64,000 bases of DNA. It comes from Thermoplasmata archaeon (GTDB lineage: Archaea; Thermoplasmatota; Thermoplasmata; Lutacidiplasmatales; UBA184). A program made the translations under genes and the position numbers. The notes beneath the pieces were generated by a model. The model was not told the origin of the DNA. It saw only the letters and a program-made list of their open reading frames with translations, and did not search any database. The stretch lies in contig DASYYY010000022.1 of NCBI GenBank assembly GCA_035933635.1, positions 130,417 through 194,416 on the forward strand, written 5' to 3'. Of this stretch, positions 37,401 to 45,383 are shown piece after piece. The number at the start of each line of letters is the position of its first letter. Position 1 is the stretch's first letter.

Positions 37401-39116
37401 CTCATCCTCCAGGAATCCGGCCTCGGGGTGGGTACCGCCTGGTCGCCGCTGCTGGATGGGGTGGCGCTCGGCGTGCGCGGCCCGACGGGCGTGTTCACGA
37501 TCGGCGCCGGGTCCCACACCTTCGGGGGCGAGCCGGTGTACCGGACGAACGGTACCGGATTCGAGGCGACGGCCGTGCACGTCGAGCCGCTCGTTCTGCC
37601 CGACGGAGGCTGGGTGAACGGCAGCGCTCCACTGTCCGTGGAGTTGAACACCTCGGCGTACGCCCAGGTGCTCTACTCTCCGACGGTGCAGCTTTCGGTG
37701 GCGGTGGCCGGCCTCGGGAGCGTCTCCGAGCCGCCGAGCAGCTGGTGGCTGGCCGGGAGCCGGGTCGAACTTCTGGCCGATCCGATGCCGGGCTACCACT
37801 TCGTCGGGTGGACCGGCTCCGGAGCGGGCTCGGTCACTGGCGGAAACCCCGAGGCCAACGTCACGCTCAACGCCCCGATCGTGGAGCTGGCGGCGTTCGC
37901 GCGCAACGCCGGGCCGCTCTACACGGTCGTGGTCGAGCCGCAGTTCCTACCGGCCGATGAGCCGTTCTCGGTAGAGTTCAATGGGACGCTCCTGACCGGT
38001 TCGGGCAATCTCTCGATCCCGAACGTGGTCCCGGGGAACTATTCGTTCGCCATGCCGGTCGATTACTCGAATCGTTCCACCCTCGAGCGTTTCGTGCCCG
38101 GAGCCGCCTCGGGCCCGTCGGTCGGGGGCTCCGGCGACGAGCTGACGGTGCAGGGCAATGGGACCGTGCTCGTCCCGTTCACCTCGCAGTACCTGGTCAC
38201 GCTCGCGGCCTCGGGGCCGGGCTCGATCGTCCCCGCCCCCGGGGCCTACTGGGAGGACTCCGGAGCGACCGTGGCGCTCCGCTCGCATCCGGCTCCGGGG
38301 TACGCGCTCGAAGCCTGGAACGGCTCCGGTCCGGGAGCCTATTCGGGAACCGGGACCGCTCCCTCCGTGAGGGTCGACGGACCGATCTCGGAGACGGCGC
38401 TGTTCCTCCTCGCTCCGGCGAGCGTGCCCGAGACCTACACCCTGACGATCCTCGAGGCCGGTTTACCGCCCGGTGCGGATTGGGGATTCTCCGTCGGCGA
38501 TTCGGGTGTCGCGGGCACCACCGCGAACCTGACACTGGGCGGGCTCAACGGCTCGTCGACGGTAGCTGTCGCGCCGGTGGTGGTCGGGCTGGGCGATCGC
38601 TTCGCCCCCGCCCCGGGCGGGTCGGCGGTGCTCCCGTTGGAGATCAGCACCGATCGGGTCGTCCAGGTCACTTTCGCCGAGCAGTTCCTGGTCCACGTCG
38701 ACGGCGGCGTCGGCGGCTCGGTCGCGCCCGGGAGCGGCTGGTTCGCGGCGGACAGTACCGTGACGATCACGGCCCGGCCGGTCGGCCCGGGCTACACGTT
38801 CGGCGGATGGGCCGGTAACGCCTATTCCGGCACGAACCCCGCCGTGCCGATCCACCTCGTCGGTCCGGTCAACGAGTCCGCGACCTTCACCGTGGCGTTC
38901 GCACGGGCCGGGCCGGGAAGTGCGAACGCCGGCTGGGCCGTGGCACTCGCGGTCGTGGGACTGCTCGGGGCGGCGGGGCTTGGTGCGGCGTGGGTGCTCG
39001 CCCGGCGCCGACGGGAGCCACCGGCCCTCTACGTCGAGGAGTACATCCCCGTCGCGTCGTGGAGCGGTGAGGGGGCGGCCGAAACGCTCAACGCCCCGCA
39101 CGACCGTCCCCCCTGA
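34479..39116 (+). CDS. second giant membrane-anchored surface glycoprotein (paralogous architecture: BNR propeller plus InlB-B-like repeats plus C-terminal TM)
   Basis: 1545-aa real part of track ORF 33843..39116. GTG start overlaps the upstream stop (GTGA). Signal/anchor LVVAVLVALALPAVLAISSVG. Asp boxes SRDGVTW, SYDNGSHW, SADGGATW, SRDNGSTW. Repeats GYHFVGWTGSGAGSVTG, GYALEAWNGSGPGAYSG, GYTFGGWAGNAYSG. C-terminal TM AVALAVVGLLGAAGLGAAWVLA. Confidence 0.9.
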   Translation: MSDTPASPSGRNPARGWAGAGLHPLTRRTLVVAVLVALALPAVLAISSVGWPPAPHAGSIVLVRGLPHASEATATGGAIDWGQARTPTTAAGTAPGASSGPGRFFDTVPVPLPGTGIQSCYRTVPQSGSCDPVNDTMGPQLNLTSRGRIGLVYTAFTNASSCGKVHRRYTETLIGFTTSRDGVTWAAPQYLGGTRCDTVNAAAFPSAWQPTLTSLGNGTFVLAYVAYNLSSGFAPDLYATRDCSTSSSCIYESNVLTSELVVEESYDNGSHWTTPTVLNGSAFPNAVPLEGWLPWHPSITAWGRTIYLSWSNITSEPDIERSAGQVVAGGSGQVHLVVSADGGATWGSPWDLPVRDGPRSYFATNPDVLALPSGEIELAYVTNLTYGPATCCAARYTYTTFHVDVVVATVIANGSRFNVRTVAASVPIYGGPASPHPHWYYELDPAPQLAYGAASNEVFATWSALVPGLACTVASSAPSACQFDYNESQVFVAHGPVLGRSWAVAEVGPIANVGNDTELANFDQGVSQHFLPSLAVGSSGTVVLQALVVNDSVCGTYFAPYPVASTACGAPVEVTTSSRDNGSTWSAPVDLAWEPTLFAGDLPDGMSSATLAYGDRVVLAWTHGSCPVWNSTTVPYTDCEWGSHPMRASAQVEVSTPYLGAGVTVTFHASGVPAGKSWAVDLLGNYRVGPGASLTIGGVPANAWMGWGLSMPSFGYGARFTAAGSIPSPEQFRSSTTVDENFSVSYLLNLVSDPSYPQAPPGAGCTMAITWDDPECAHLDYNLTPGVESVWLPPATVVPLDVTPNPTYCTGAACIFYEANLSFLSWTGSGAGSANTSSNRSALVLQGPVNETANFEVLGWCYFFYYNTPQNTCVASNASIDFAEHGLPAGTPWGVSTWGPAEAAGPPGANFTNGPALAVGGNVTLGETYYAPWSVDVGGARFVGSGVPESPVALPGQAAVTVNYTRATGPTNDTLILQESGLGVGTAWSPLLDGVALGVRGPTGVFTIGAGSHTFGGEPVYRTNGTGFEATAVHVEPLVLPDGGWVNGSAPLSVELNTSAYAQVLYSPTVQLSVAVAGLGSVSEPPSSWWLAGSRVELLADPMPGYHFVGWTGSGAGSVTGGNPEANVTLNAPIVELAAFARNAGPLYTVVVEPQFLPADEPFSVEFNGTLLTGSGNLSIPNVVPGNYSFAMPVDYSNRSTLERFVPGAASGPSVGGSGDELTVQGNGTVLVPFTSQYLVTLAASGPGSIVPAPGAYWEDSGATVALRSHPAPGYALEAWNGSGPGAYSGTGTAPSVRVDGPISETALFLLAPASVPETYTLTILEAGLPPGADWGFSVGDSGVAGTTANLTLGGLNGSSTVAVAPVVVGLGDRFAPAPGGSAVLPLEISTDRVVQVTFAEQFLVHVDGGVGGSVAPGSGWFAADSTVTITARPVGPGYTFGGWAGNAYSGTNPAVPIHLVGPVNESATFTVAFARAGPGSANAGWAVALAVVGLLGAAGLGAAWVLARRRREPPALYVEEYIPVASWSGEGAAETLNAPHDRPP

Positions 39117-39136
39117 GTCCCGTTCCGCCACGGGAC
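39117..39136 (+). terminator. hairpin directly after the giant-protein stop (GTCCCG-TTCCGCCA-CGGGAC)
   Basis: 6-bp GC stem beginning 1 nt after the TGA. Confidence 0.35.
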
Positions 39137-39211
39137 GACCGGATGACGACCACGGACCCCCCCGGGACCGAGCGCGTACCCCTGCCCTCGAGGGCACCAC
39201 GACGTATGGAT

Positions 39212-39220
39212 ACGTATATC
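39212..39220 (+). promoter_or_regulatory. TATA-like box (ACGTATATC) within an AT-rich TACGTATA-type motif
   Basis: 26-31 nt upstream of an in-frame ATG at 39245. A similar TATGTATACGTAC motif sits upstream of the 53266 gene. Confidence 0.4.
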
Positions 39221-39244
39221 TCGGTGGACGACCTGGGCTCCCCG

Positions 39245-39544
39245 ATGGGCGCCAAGAGCCTGCCGGGGCCCGAGGGTCGGTTACGGAACCTCTCGCGGCT
39301 GCTGCAGCGGTCGAACGAGGACCCGTCGCTGCTCCTGGCCCGCGAGTTCGCCGGGGAGGCTCGCCAGTTCCTGGCCCGGGGCCAGGACTCGGCCGCGGAA
39401 CGAAGTATCGCGGCGGCCCATCTGGCGCTTCGGCTCGGCAACCATTCCGTGAGCGGGGGCGCGGCGGCCGGCGCCGCGGACTCGAACGGCACCGACCCGA
39501 GCCCGCTCGACCCTCCGGCACCGCCGGTCCGCCGCTTCCGGTAG
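39245..39544 (+). CDS. small hypothetical protein (about 99 aa, leaderless)
   Basis: Internal Met of ORF 39143..39544 (MGAKSLPGPEGRLRNLSRLLQRSNEDPSLLLAREFAGEARQFL...). Non-junk composition. Correctly spaced TATA box. No homology recognised. Confidence 0.35.
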   Translation: MGAKSLPGPEGRLRNLSRLLQRSNEDPSLLLAREFAGEARQFLARGQDSAAERSIAAAHLALRLGNHSVSGGAAAGAADSNGTDPSPLDPPAPPVRRFR

Positions 39545-39637
39545 GTTCGTCCCGACCCCCGGCCCGGGGGCGGCCCCGCGCCGCGTCGCCACCGAGCGTT
39601 AAGGGAGGCCGAGTTTGACCCTCACCGGGTAGCGTTC

Positions 39638-41377
39638 GTGGCCGAGATCCCACCGGAGGACGTGATCTCCCCGGTGGACCGGGGGCTCACCCACGAGCGC
39701 CCGCTCGGGCTGAGCTCGAGCATCGTCTTCGTCATCGGCGTCGTCATCCAGGGCGTCGGATTCATCGGGAACTACTTCACCTCCCACCACATCGGCTACG
39801 AGCAGATCGGGCTGACGGCGCTCGGCGTCGCCGGCCTGTTCCTGACGATCTCCTCGACCGTCAACGGGATGGCCGACCTGCGGATCGGCTCGGCCTACAC
39901 CTACTTCATCGCCCGCGGACGCAAGCCCGAGGAGCTGACCGCCACCTACGCCGGGGTCCGGCTGAGCCTCGTGGTGCTCGTCAGCCTCGGCCTGTTCCTC
40001 TTGGCGCCGCTCTTCTACTTCACCCAGGGCGCGACGACCTGCTTGGCCGCCACGGGCTGCCAGTTGACGATCCCGTCCCGGACGGAGATCGAGATCTTCG
40101 GGGTGTTCATGATCGCCCCGCTGCTCTGGTCGCCCGGGACGATCTACAGCCAACTTTGGGTCGCGCGGGGCGACTCGGTGCGCAGCCAGTTCCCGCTGCT
40201 GGTGCAGTCGGCGGTCCAGACCATCGGGCTCGTCACCGTCGCGCTGCTCGGACCGCCCCCCATCGAAGCACTCTGGGGGCTCGCCTTCTCCTACCTGGCC
40301 GGGGGGGCGGCCTCGGCGATCTACTCGACGCCGGCCGTCGTGCGGCTCTGGCACGAGTTCAAGGTGCCCGAGGTCCGCAAGATGTTCGTCTACGCCTGGC
40401 CGCTGATGGGCGGCCTGGTCCTCGGTTATCTCTGGACCACCGCGCCGACGTTCTTCGTCGCGACGCTCTCCGGCGGGGCCGTCGCGGTCTTCCTGGCCGC
40501 GAACGGGTTCCGGGTGCTCCTATTGGGGCTCCCGACCGCGGTGGCGATGCCGCTGTTCCCCCACCTGACGAACCTCCATGTCCGCCGCGAGTACGAACAG
40601 TTGCGTCGTCGGACGTGGGCGGCCCTCCGGTACACCGCGATGATCGTGGTGCCGGCCTCAATCGCGATGGTCGTCTACCGTACTCCGCTGCTGAACGTGC
40701 TGTTCGTCGGGACCACCTACGCCGCCGGGGCGGTCCCTCTCGCGATCCTCGCCGTTTCCGCCATCCCGGCGGCGCTCAGCCAGATCATCCTCACCGCGCT
40801 CTCCTCCGTCGGCCGCCAGCGGCTCGACCTGTACCTGACGGGCGTCCAGGTCGCCGTGCTCCTCGGCGTAGCGTTCCTCGTCCTGCCCCCGTTCGCACCG
40901 CTCGGTAACGAGGGGCTCATGGGCGCGGCCATCGCCGTGCTCGCCTCTTCCCTCGCCTCGTTCGCGCTGAACGTCTACTTCGTCGAGCGGGCACTGGCCA
41001 TCCGGGTCCAGCCCCGGCCCATCGCGGCGATCGTGCTCAGCGCCGCGGCGAGCTTCTTCGTCGTCTCGCGGCTCAACGCCTACATCTCCCCGAGCCGGTT
41101 CTACATCCTGTTCCCGGCGATCCTGCTCGGGTTCGCGGCGTACTTCCTCGTGCTCGCCGCGACCGGCGAGCTGTCCAAACGGGACGTCGAGCGGCTCGCC
41201 CACTACGTGGGGCTGCCGCGCCGGGTCGGCTCGTTCTTCGCCCGATTCTGCTGGGCGGACGAGACCCGGGATGCGGGCGAGATGCTGGGCGAGGAGCACG
41301 CGGCCGAGAGCGACGAGCGGCTGGACGCCACACGTCTGAGCGAGACCGGCGACGGGGCGTTCCGTCGTCGGGGGTGA
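39638..41377 (+). CDS. polysaccharide/oligosaccharide flippase, Wzx/MATE-like (MOP superfamily)
   Basis: 579 aa. About 14 TM helices, polysaccharide biosynthesis protein family pattern, hydrophilic C-terminal tail. Confidence 0.8.
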   Translation: MAEIPPEDVISPVDRGLTHERPLGLSSSIVFVIGVVIQGVGFIGNYFTSHHIGYEQIGLTALGVAGLFLTISSTVNGMADLRIGSAYTYFIARGRKPEELTATYAGVRLSLVVLVSLGLFLLAPLFYFTQGATTCLAATGCQLTIPSRTEIEIFGVFMIAPLLWSPGTIYSQLWVARGDSVRSQFPLLVQSAVQTIGLVTVALLGPPPIEALWGLAFSYLAGGAASAIYSTPAVVRLWHEFKVPEVRKMFVYAWPLMGGLVLGYLWTTAPTFFVATLSGGAVAVFLAANGFRVLLLGLPTAVAMPLFPHLTNLHVRREYEQLRRRTWAALRYTAMIVVPASIAMVVYRTPLLNVLFVGTTYAAGAVPLAILAVSAIPAALSQIILTALSSVGRQRLDLYLTGVQVAVLLGVAFLVLPPFAPLGNEGLMGAAIAVLASSLASFALNVYFVERALAIRVQPRPIAAIVLSAAASFFVVSRLNAYISPSRFYILFPAILLGFAAYFLVLAATGELSKRDVERLAHYVGLPRRVGSFFARFCWADETRDAGEMLGEEHAAESDERLDATRLSETGDGAFRRRG

Positions 41378-41438
41378 GCCCCGGACGGTGCCCCCCGAGT
41401 CGGCGATTTAAATACGAGCGCCCGGGTGGTCGGCGTCC

Positions 41439-42368
41439 ATGCCGGCGGAAGCGCTCGTCGCCCGCGAGCTCACCAAGACCTACTCCATCCGGGGGGGTCC
41501 CCAGGTCCACGCCCTGCGGGGAGTCTCGCTCACCATCCACCCGGGCGAACGGTTCGCGCTCCTCGGTCGAAACGGCGCCGGGAAGACCACCTTCCTGCGC
41601 ATCGCTTCGACCCTCCTGGTTCCGACCTCCGGCACGGTGGAGGTGTTCGGGATCGACGCGATACGCCGCCCGGAGGAGGTTCGCCCCAACCTGGCCGTGG
41701 TGCCGCAGGAGGGCAAACCGTTCTTCCACTTGACCCCCCGCGAGCAGGTCTACGCCTATCTCAGCGCCCGCGGGTTCGACCGCGCGACCGCCCGGTCCCG
41801 GACCGAGGAGGCGCTCGGGCAGATGGGGCTCGGGGAGGTGGCCGACCGTCTCTCGACCACGCTCTCGGGCGGGCAACGCCAGCGGACGATGGTGGCGACG
41901 GTCATCGCCACGGAGGCGCCGCTCCTGTTCCTGGACGAGCCGACGATCGGGATGGACCCGTTCGCGCGCCGGGATGTCTGGGAGTCCTTCCGTCGCCTGA
42001 CCCGGAGGGGGTCGACGATCCTGCTCACCACCCACTACCTCGACGAAGCCGAGCACCTTTCCCAGCGGCTCGCCATCGTCGAGCGCGGCAAGGTGCTTCT
42101 CGAGGGGGACGCCGAGGGGCTCAAGCGGCAGGTCGGTGGGAGCCTCCGCGTCTCGATCACCGAGGGAGCGCGGGTGCGCGAGACGCTCGCGAGCTTCGGG
42201 GAGCTGATCGAGGACGGTGGGTCGGTCTCGGTGATCCTCGGTCCGGAGAAGGTCCCCGAGCTGCTGAACTTCGCGATGAAGGAGCATCTCAACGCGAGCG
42301 TCGGCCCCGTGACGCTCGAGGAAGCGTTCCTGCGGATCGTCGGGCACTCGATCAACGAGGAGTCGTAG
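41439..42368 (+). CDS. ABC-2 type exporter ATP-binding protein
   Basis: 309 aa. Walker A GRNGAGKTT, signature LSGGQRQR, Walker B LLFLDEPTIGMD, H-loop. Confidence 0.9.
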   Translation: MPAEALVARELTKTYSIRGGPQVHALRGVSLTIHPGERFALLGRNGAGKTTFLRIASTLLVPTSGTVEVFGIDAIRRPEEVRPNLAVVPQEGKPFFHLTPREQVYAYLSARGFDRATARSRTEEALGQMGLGEVADRLSTTLSGGQRQRTMVATVIATEAPLLFLDEPTIGMDPFARRDVWESFRRLTRRGSTILLTTHYLDEAEHLSQRLAIVERGKVLLEGDAEGLKRQVGGSLRVSITEGARVRETLASFGELIEDGGSVSVILGPEKVPELLNFAMKEHLNASVGPVTLEEAFLRIVGHSINEES

Positions 42369-42370
42369 CG

Positions 42371-43123
42371 ATGGCGCTCGCGCGCCCCCGATGGACAGGC
42401 ACCGGGGCGTTCACGCTGACGGAGTTCCGGGTCCAGCTGCACGAGGGGCTGGCCATCGTGACCTCGATGATCGTGCAGGTCGTGCTGCTGATCTTCGTCG
42501 ACATCCTGGACCGGCCGATCCTGCCCTACGCGCTGATCGGCGCGGTCGTCTACTCGCTGTTCATGCTGGGCCAGCGGGTCCAGAACGAGGCGGCGTACAT
42601 CCGGATCGACCACAAGCTCACCGAGCTCTACCACGCGAGCCCGCTCACCGCCGAGGGGTACTTCGTCGGGATGTCCGCCGGGGTGCTCCTCGCCTACCTC
42701 CCGCCGATCCTGGTGCTCGTCGTCGCGATGGAACTGATCGCCCCGCTCGGTCCGCTGGCCTCCGCCACACTCCTCGGGGCCGGGGCCGCCGTCTGGCTGT
42801 TCACCTCCTCGATGGGCTACGTCTTCAGCACCCTGTTCAAGGAGAACCGGGCCATCTGGCCGTACGCGAGCATCCTGACCAACCTGTTCGGGGTGCTCCC
42901 GCCGGTCTTCTACCCGATACGGTTCCTCCCCGGCTACTGGCACCCCATCGCGCTGGCGATCCCGACGAGCTCGGCCGCCGCCCTCGTCGAAGCGGCCCAG
43001 GGCGGTCTGGTCAGCCTCTCCGGCGGCGAGCTCCTGTTCGGTGCGATCGTCCTCGCGATCGAGGCGATCGCCGTGTTCGTCTTCGCCGTATACTGGGCCC
43101 GTAGGTCCGCCCGGGAGCGCTGA
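42371..43123 (+). CDS. ABC-2 family transporter permease
   Basis: 250-aa real part of track ORF 41426..43123 from MALARPRW. Six TM helices. ATG 3 nt after the ATPase stop. Confidence 0.8.
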   Translation: MALARPRWTGTGAFTLTEFRVQLHEGLAIVTSMIVQVVLLIFVDILDRPILPYALIGAVVYSLFMLGQRVQNEAAYIRIDHKLTELYHASPLTAEGYFVGMSAGVLLAYLPPILVLVVAMELIAPLGPLASATLLGAGAAVWLFTSSMGYVFSTLFKENRAIWPYASILTNLFGVLPPVFYPIRFLPGYWHPIALAIPTSSAAALVEAAQGGLVSLSGGELLFGAIVLAIEAIAVFVFAVYWARRSARER

Positions 43124-43126
43124 ACG

Positions 43127-43894
43127 ATGTCCGAGACCGTGGCGGCCCGAGGATCGACCTCCGGCGGCGCGGTGCTGCCGGCGTTCGGGCTGATCGGCTG
43201 GCGGTGGGTCAGTCGCAACCCGGCCGCCGCCATCGCCCCGATCCTGTTGCCGTTCATCTTCCTGTACTTCCTGCGGCTGATCTCGCCCCCGTCGTACTTC
43301 CCGCTCGAGGTCGTCGGGGCGATGCTGTTCACCACCCAGAACATCGGCAGCTGGGTGCTCGGCGACTCGGCCACCTGGAGGATCGAGATGCGGATGCAGG
43401 ACCTGTTCGTCGCCTCCCCGCTGAACAAGGTCCGCTACCTGTTCGGGATCGCGCTGTCGAACCTGATCCCGGCGGCACCGGCGTTGGCCGTACTGGCGGT
43501 GCTCTTGGCGATCACGGTTCCGGTCCCGGCGCTCGGCTGGCTCGCGCTCCTCGGCTGCATCCTGACCCTCTGGATACTGTTCAGTGCCATCGGGATCGCC
43601 GTGTCGAGCCGGGTGAAGAGCCAGCGGGAGATCTGGCCGGTCGGCAACCTGAGCTTCACCATCATCGGGATGCTGTCGCCGTTGTACTACCCGCTGACCG
43701 TGCTGCCGCCCTACTGGCAGGACGCGGCCCGGTTCCTTCCCACCACCTACGCCGCGCTCCTGGTGCAAGGATCCATGGGCCTGCCGGGGGCGGTCGCGTC
43801 GGACCTTCTCGTCGATGCCGGTCTGCTCGGGCTCTCGGCGCTGGTCGGTACGATCCTCGCGCTGCGGCTCTACCGGTGGCGCGAAGGCGACTGA
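43127..43894 (+). CDS. ABC-2 family transporter permease (second subunit)
   Basis: 255 aa, six TM helices. Starts 4 nt after the previous permease. Confidence 0.8.
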   Translation: MSETVAARGSTSGGAVLPAFGLIGWRWVSRNPAAAIAPILLPFIFLYFLRLISPPSYFPLEVVGAMLFTTQNIGSWVLGDSATWRIEMRMQDLFVASPLNKVRYLFGIALSNLIPAAPALAVLAVLLAITVPVPALGWLALLGCILTLWILFSAIGIAVSSRVKSQREIWPVGNLSFTIIGMLSPLYYPLTVLPPYWQDAARFLPTTYAALLVQGSMGLPGAVASDLLVDAGLLGLSALVGTILALRLYRWREGD

Positions 43895-43905
43895 CCGGTT
43901 TCCCT

Positions 43906-43933
43906 GCGGGGGTCAATATCAAGAGCCCCCCGG
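43906..43933 (+). terminator. weak GC stem-loop plus T-rich tract after the ABC-2 operon
   Basis: GCGGGGG-loop-CCCCCCGG followed by TTCTTCCC, 12 nt after the stop. Confidence 0.2.
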
Positions 43934-44064
43934 TTCTTCCCGGGTCCATCCGGTGCCGCTTGGGGACGAATACGAGCGTACGATCCGTCGGGAGACCCGC
44001 CGGGGACTACGCTGGGTCGGCCCACCGACTTGGGCGCCGGTAGCGAGTTAGGAATCCAGCTGCA

Positions 44065-44382
44065 ATGGGGAACGAAGAGTTCGACGAGATCCTGTCTGCC
44101 CTCGATCGAGAGAGCGCGCGCATCCGGGTCCGCGTCGAGCCGCGACGGTACAACAAGCCCGCCACGGTGATCTCCGGGTTCCCCCCCGGTGTCGACCTCG
44201 CCGAGACGACCCGCCAGCTCAAGAACCGACTCGCGACGGGAGGATCGGTGGTCGAGGGGGAGGTCTACCTCCAGGGTGACCACCGCGGACGGATCCGGGA
44301 CGAGCTCTCCCGGCTGGGGTTCGACGGCCAGACCATCGAGGTCTCCAACGTTCAGCTCCCCAAGCGCGGTCGGCGCGGGTAG
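44065..44382 (+). CDS. translation initiation factor aSUI1/eIF1
   Basis: 105 aa. SUI1 fold pattern IRVRVEPRRYNKPATVISGF...LKNRLATGGSV...YLQGDHRGRIRDELSRLGF. Confidence 0.88.
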   Translation: MGNEEFDEILSALDRESARIRVRVEPRRYNKPATVISGFPPGVDLAETTRQLKNRLATGGSVVEGEVYLQGDHRGRIRDELSRLGFDGQTIEVSNVQLPKRGRRG

Positions 44383-44522
44383 GCGGGGCCGGCGTTGCCG
44401 GGTCGCCGACGCGCCCGGGGGGACCGCCTCCGAGACGCGCGGATTCTGCGCCCCGCGGTGGGGGCCGCACATGTCGCCTGACCTATAATCGTCGATATGC
44501 GGGCCGGCGCCAGGAGCCCCAC

Positions 44523-45383
44523 ATGACCGAAGGATATGCCCACCCCGAGACGCTGGTGGAGAACGCCTGGCTCGCCGAGCATCTGAACGACCCCCACGTC
44601 CGGATCGCCGAGGTCGACTACGACCCGGTCGCCAACTACCAGCAGGGCCACCTGCCGGGGGCGGTGCTGTTCGACTGGCGGCAGGACATTAACGACGGGC
44701 TAAGGCGGGACATCCTGTCGGGCGAGCAGCTCACCCAGCTGTTCCGCCGCAGCGGCGTCGAGGCGAACACCACCCTCGTGCTCTACGGGGACTTCAACAA
44801 CTGGTTCGCCGCGTTCGCCTTCTGGGTGTTCAAGTACTACGGGTTCCAGGACGTCCGGCTGCTCAACGGCGGCCGCAAGAAGTGGGTCGCCGAGGACCGT
44901 CCTCTGACCAAGGACGCCCCCTCCCCCGCACCGACCCAGTTCACGGCCGGCCCTCCGAACGACGCGCTCCGCGCCTACTACGACGAGGTGCGCAAGGGGC
45001 TCGACCAGGTCCGCTCCGGCCAGCTCCGGCTCGTCGACGTCCGCGGCCCCAAGGAGTTCACCGGTGAGGTGACCGCGCCGCCGGAGTACCCGAACGAACA
45101 CGCCCAGCGTGGCGGTCACATCCCCGGAGCGGCGAACATCCCCTGGGGCCAGGCGGTCAACGACGATGGCACGTTCAGGACCCCGGCCGAGCTCAAGGCG
45201 CTCTACGGCGGCAAGGGGATCACCGGCCAGCAGCCGGTCATCACGTACTGCCGGATCGGCGAACGGTCCAGCCACACGTGGTTCGTCCTGAGCTATCTGC
45301 TCGGCTACCGCAACGTCCGCAACTACGACGGGTCCTGGACTGAGTGGGGCAACCAGATCCGAAGCCCGATCGAGAAGCCCTAA
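44523..45383 (+). CDS. thiosulfate/3-mercaptopyruvate sulfurtransferase (two-domain rhodanese)
   Basis: 286 aa. Two rhodanese domains, catalytic loop CRIGERSSH in the C-terminal domain. TATA-like CTATAAT about 35 nt upstream. Confidence 0.88.
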   Translation: MTEGYAHPETLVENAWLAEHLNDPHVRIAEVDYDPVANYQQGHLPGAVLFDWRQDINDGLRRDILSGEQLTQLFRRSGVEANTTLVLYGDFNNWFAAFAFWVFKYYGFQDVRLLNGGRKKWVAEDRPLTKDAPSPAPTQFTAGPPNDALRAYYDEVRKGLDQVRSGQLRLVDVRGPKEFTGEVTAPPEYPNEHAQRGGHIPGAANIPWGQAVNDDGTFRTPAELKALYGGKGITGQQPVITYCRIGERSSHTWFVLSYLLGYRNVRNYDGSWTEWGNQIRSPIEKP

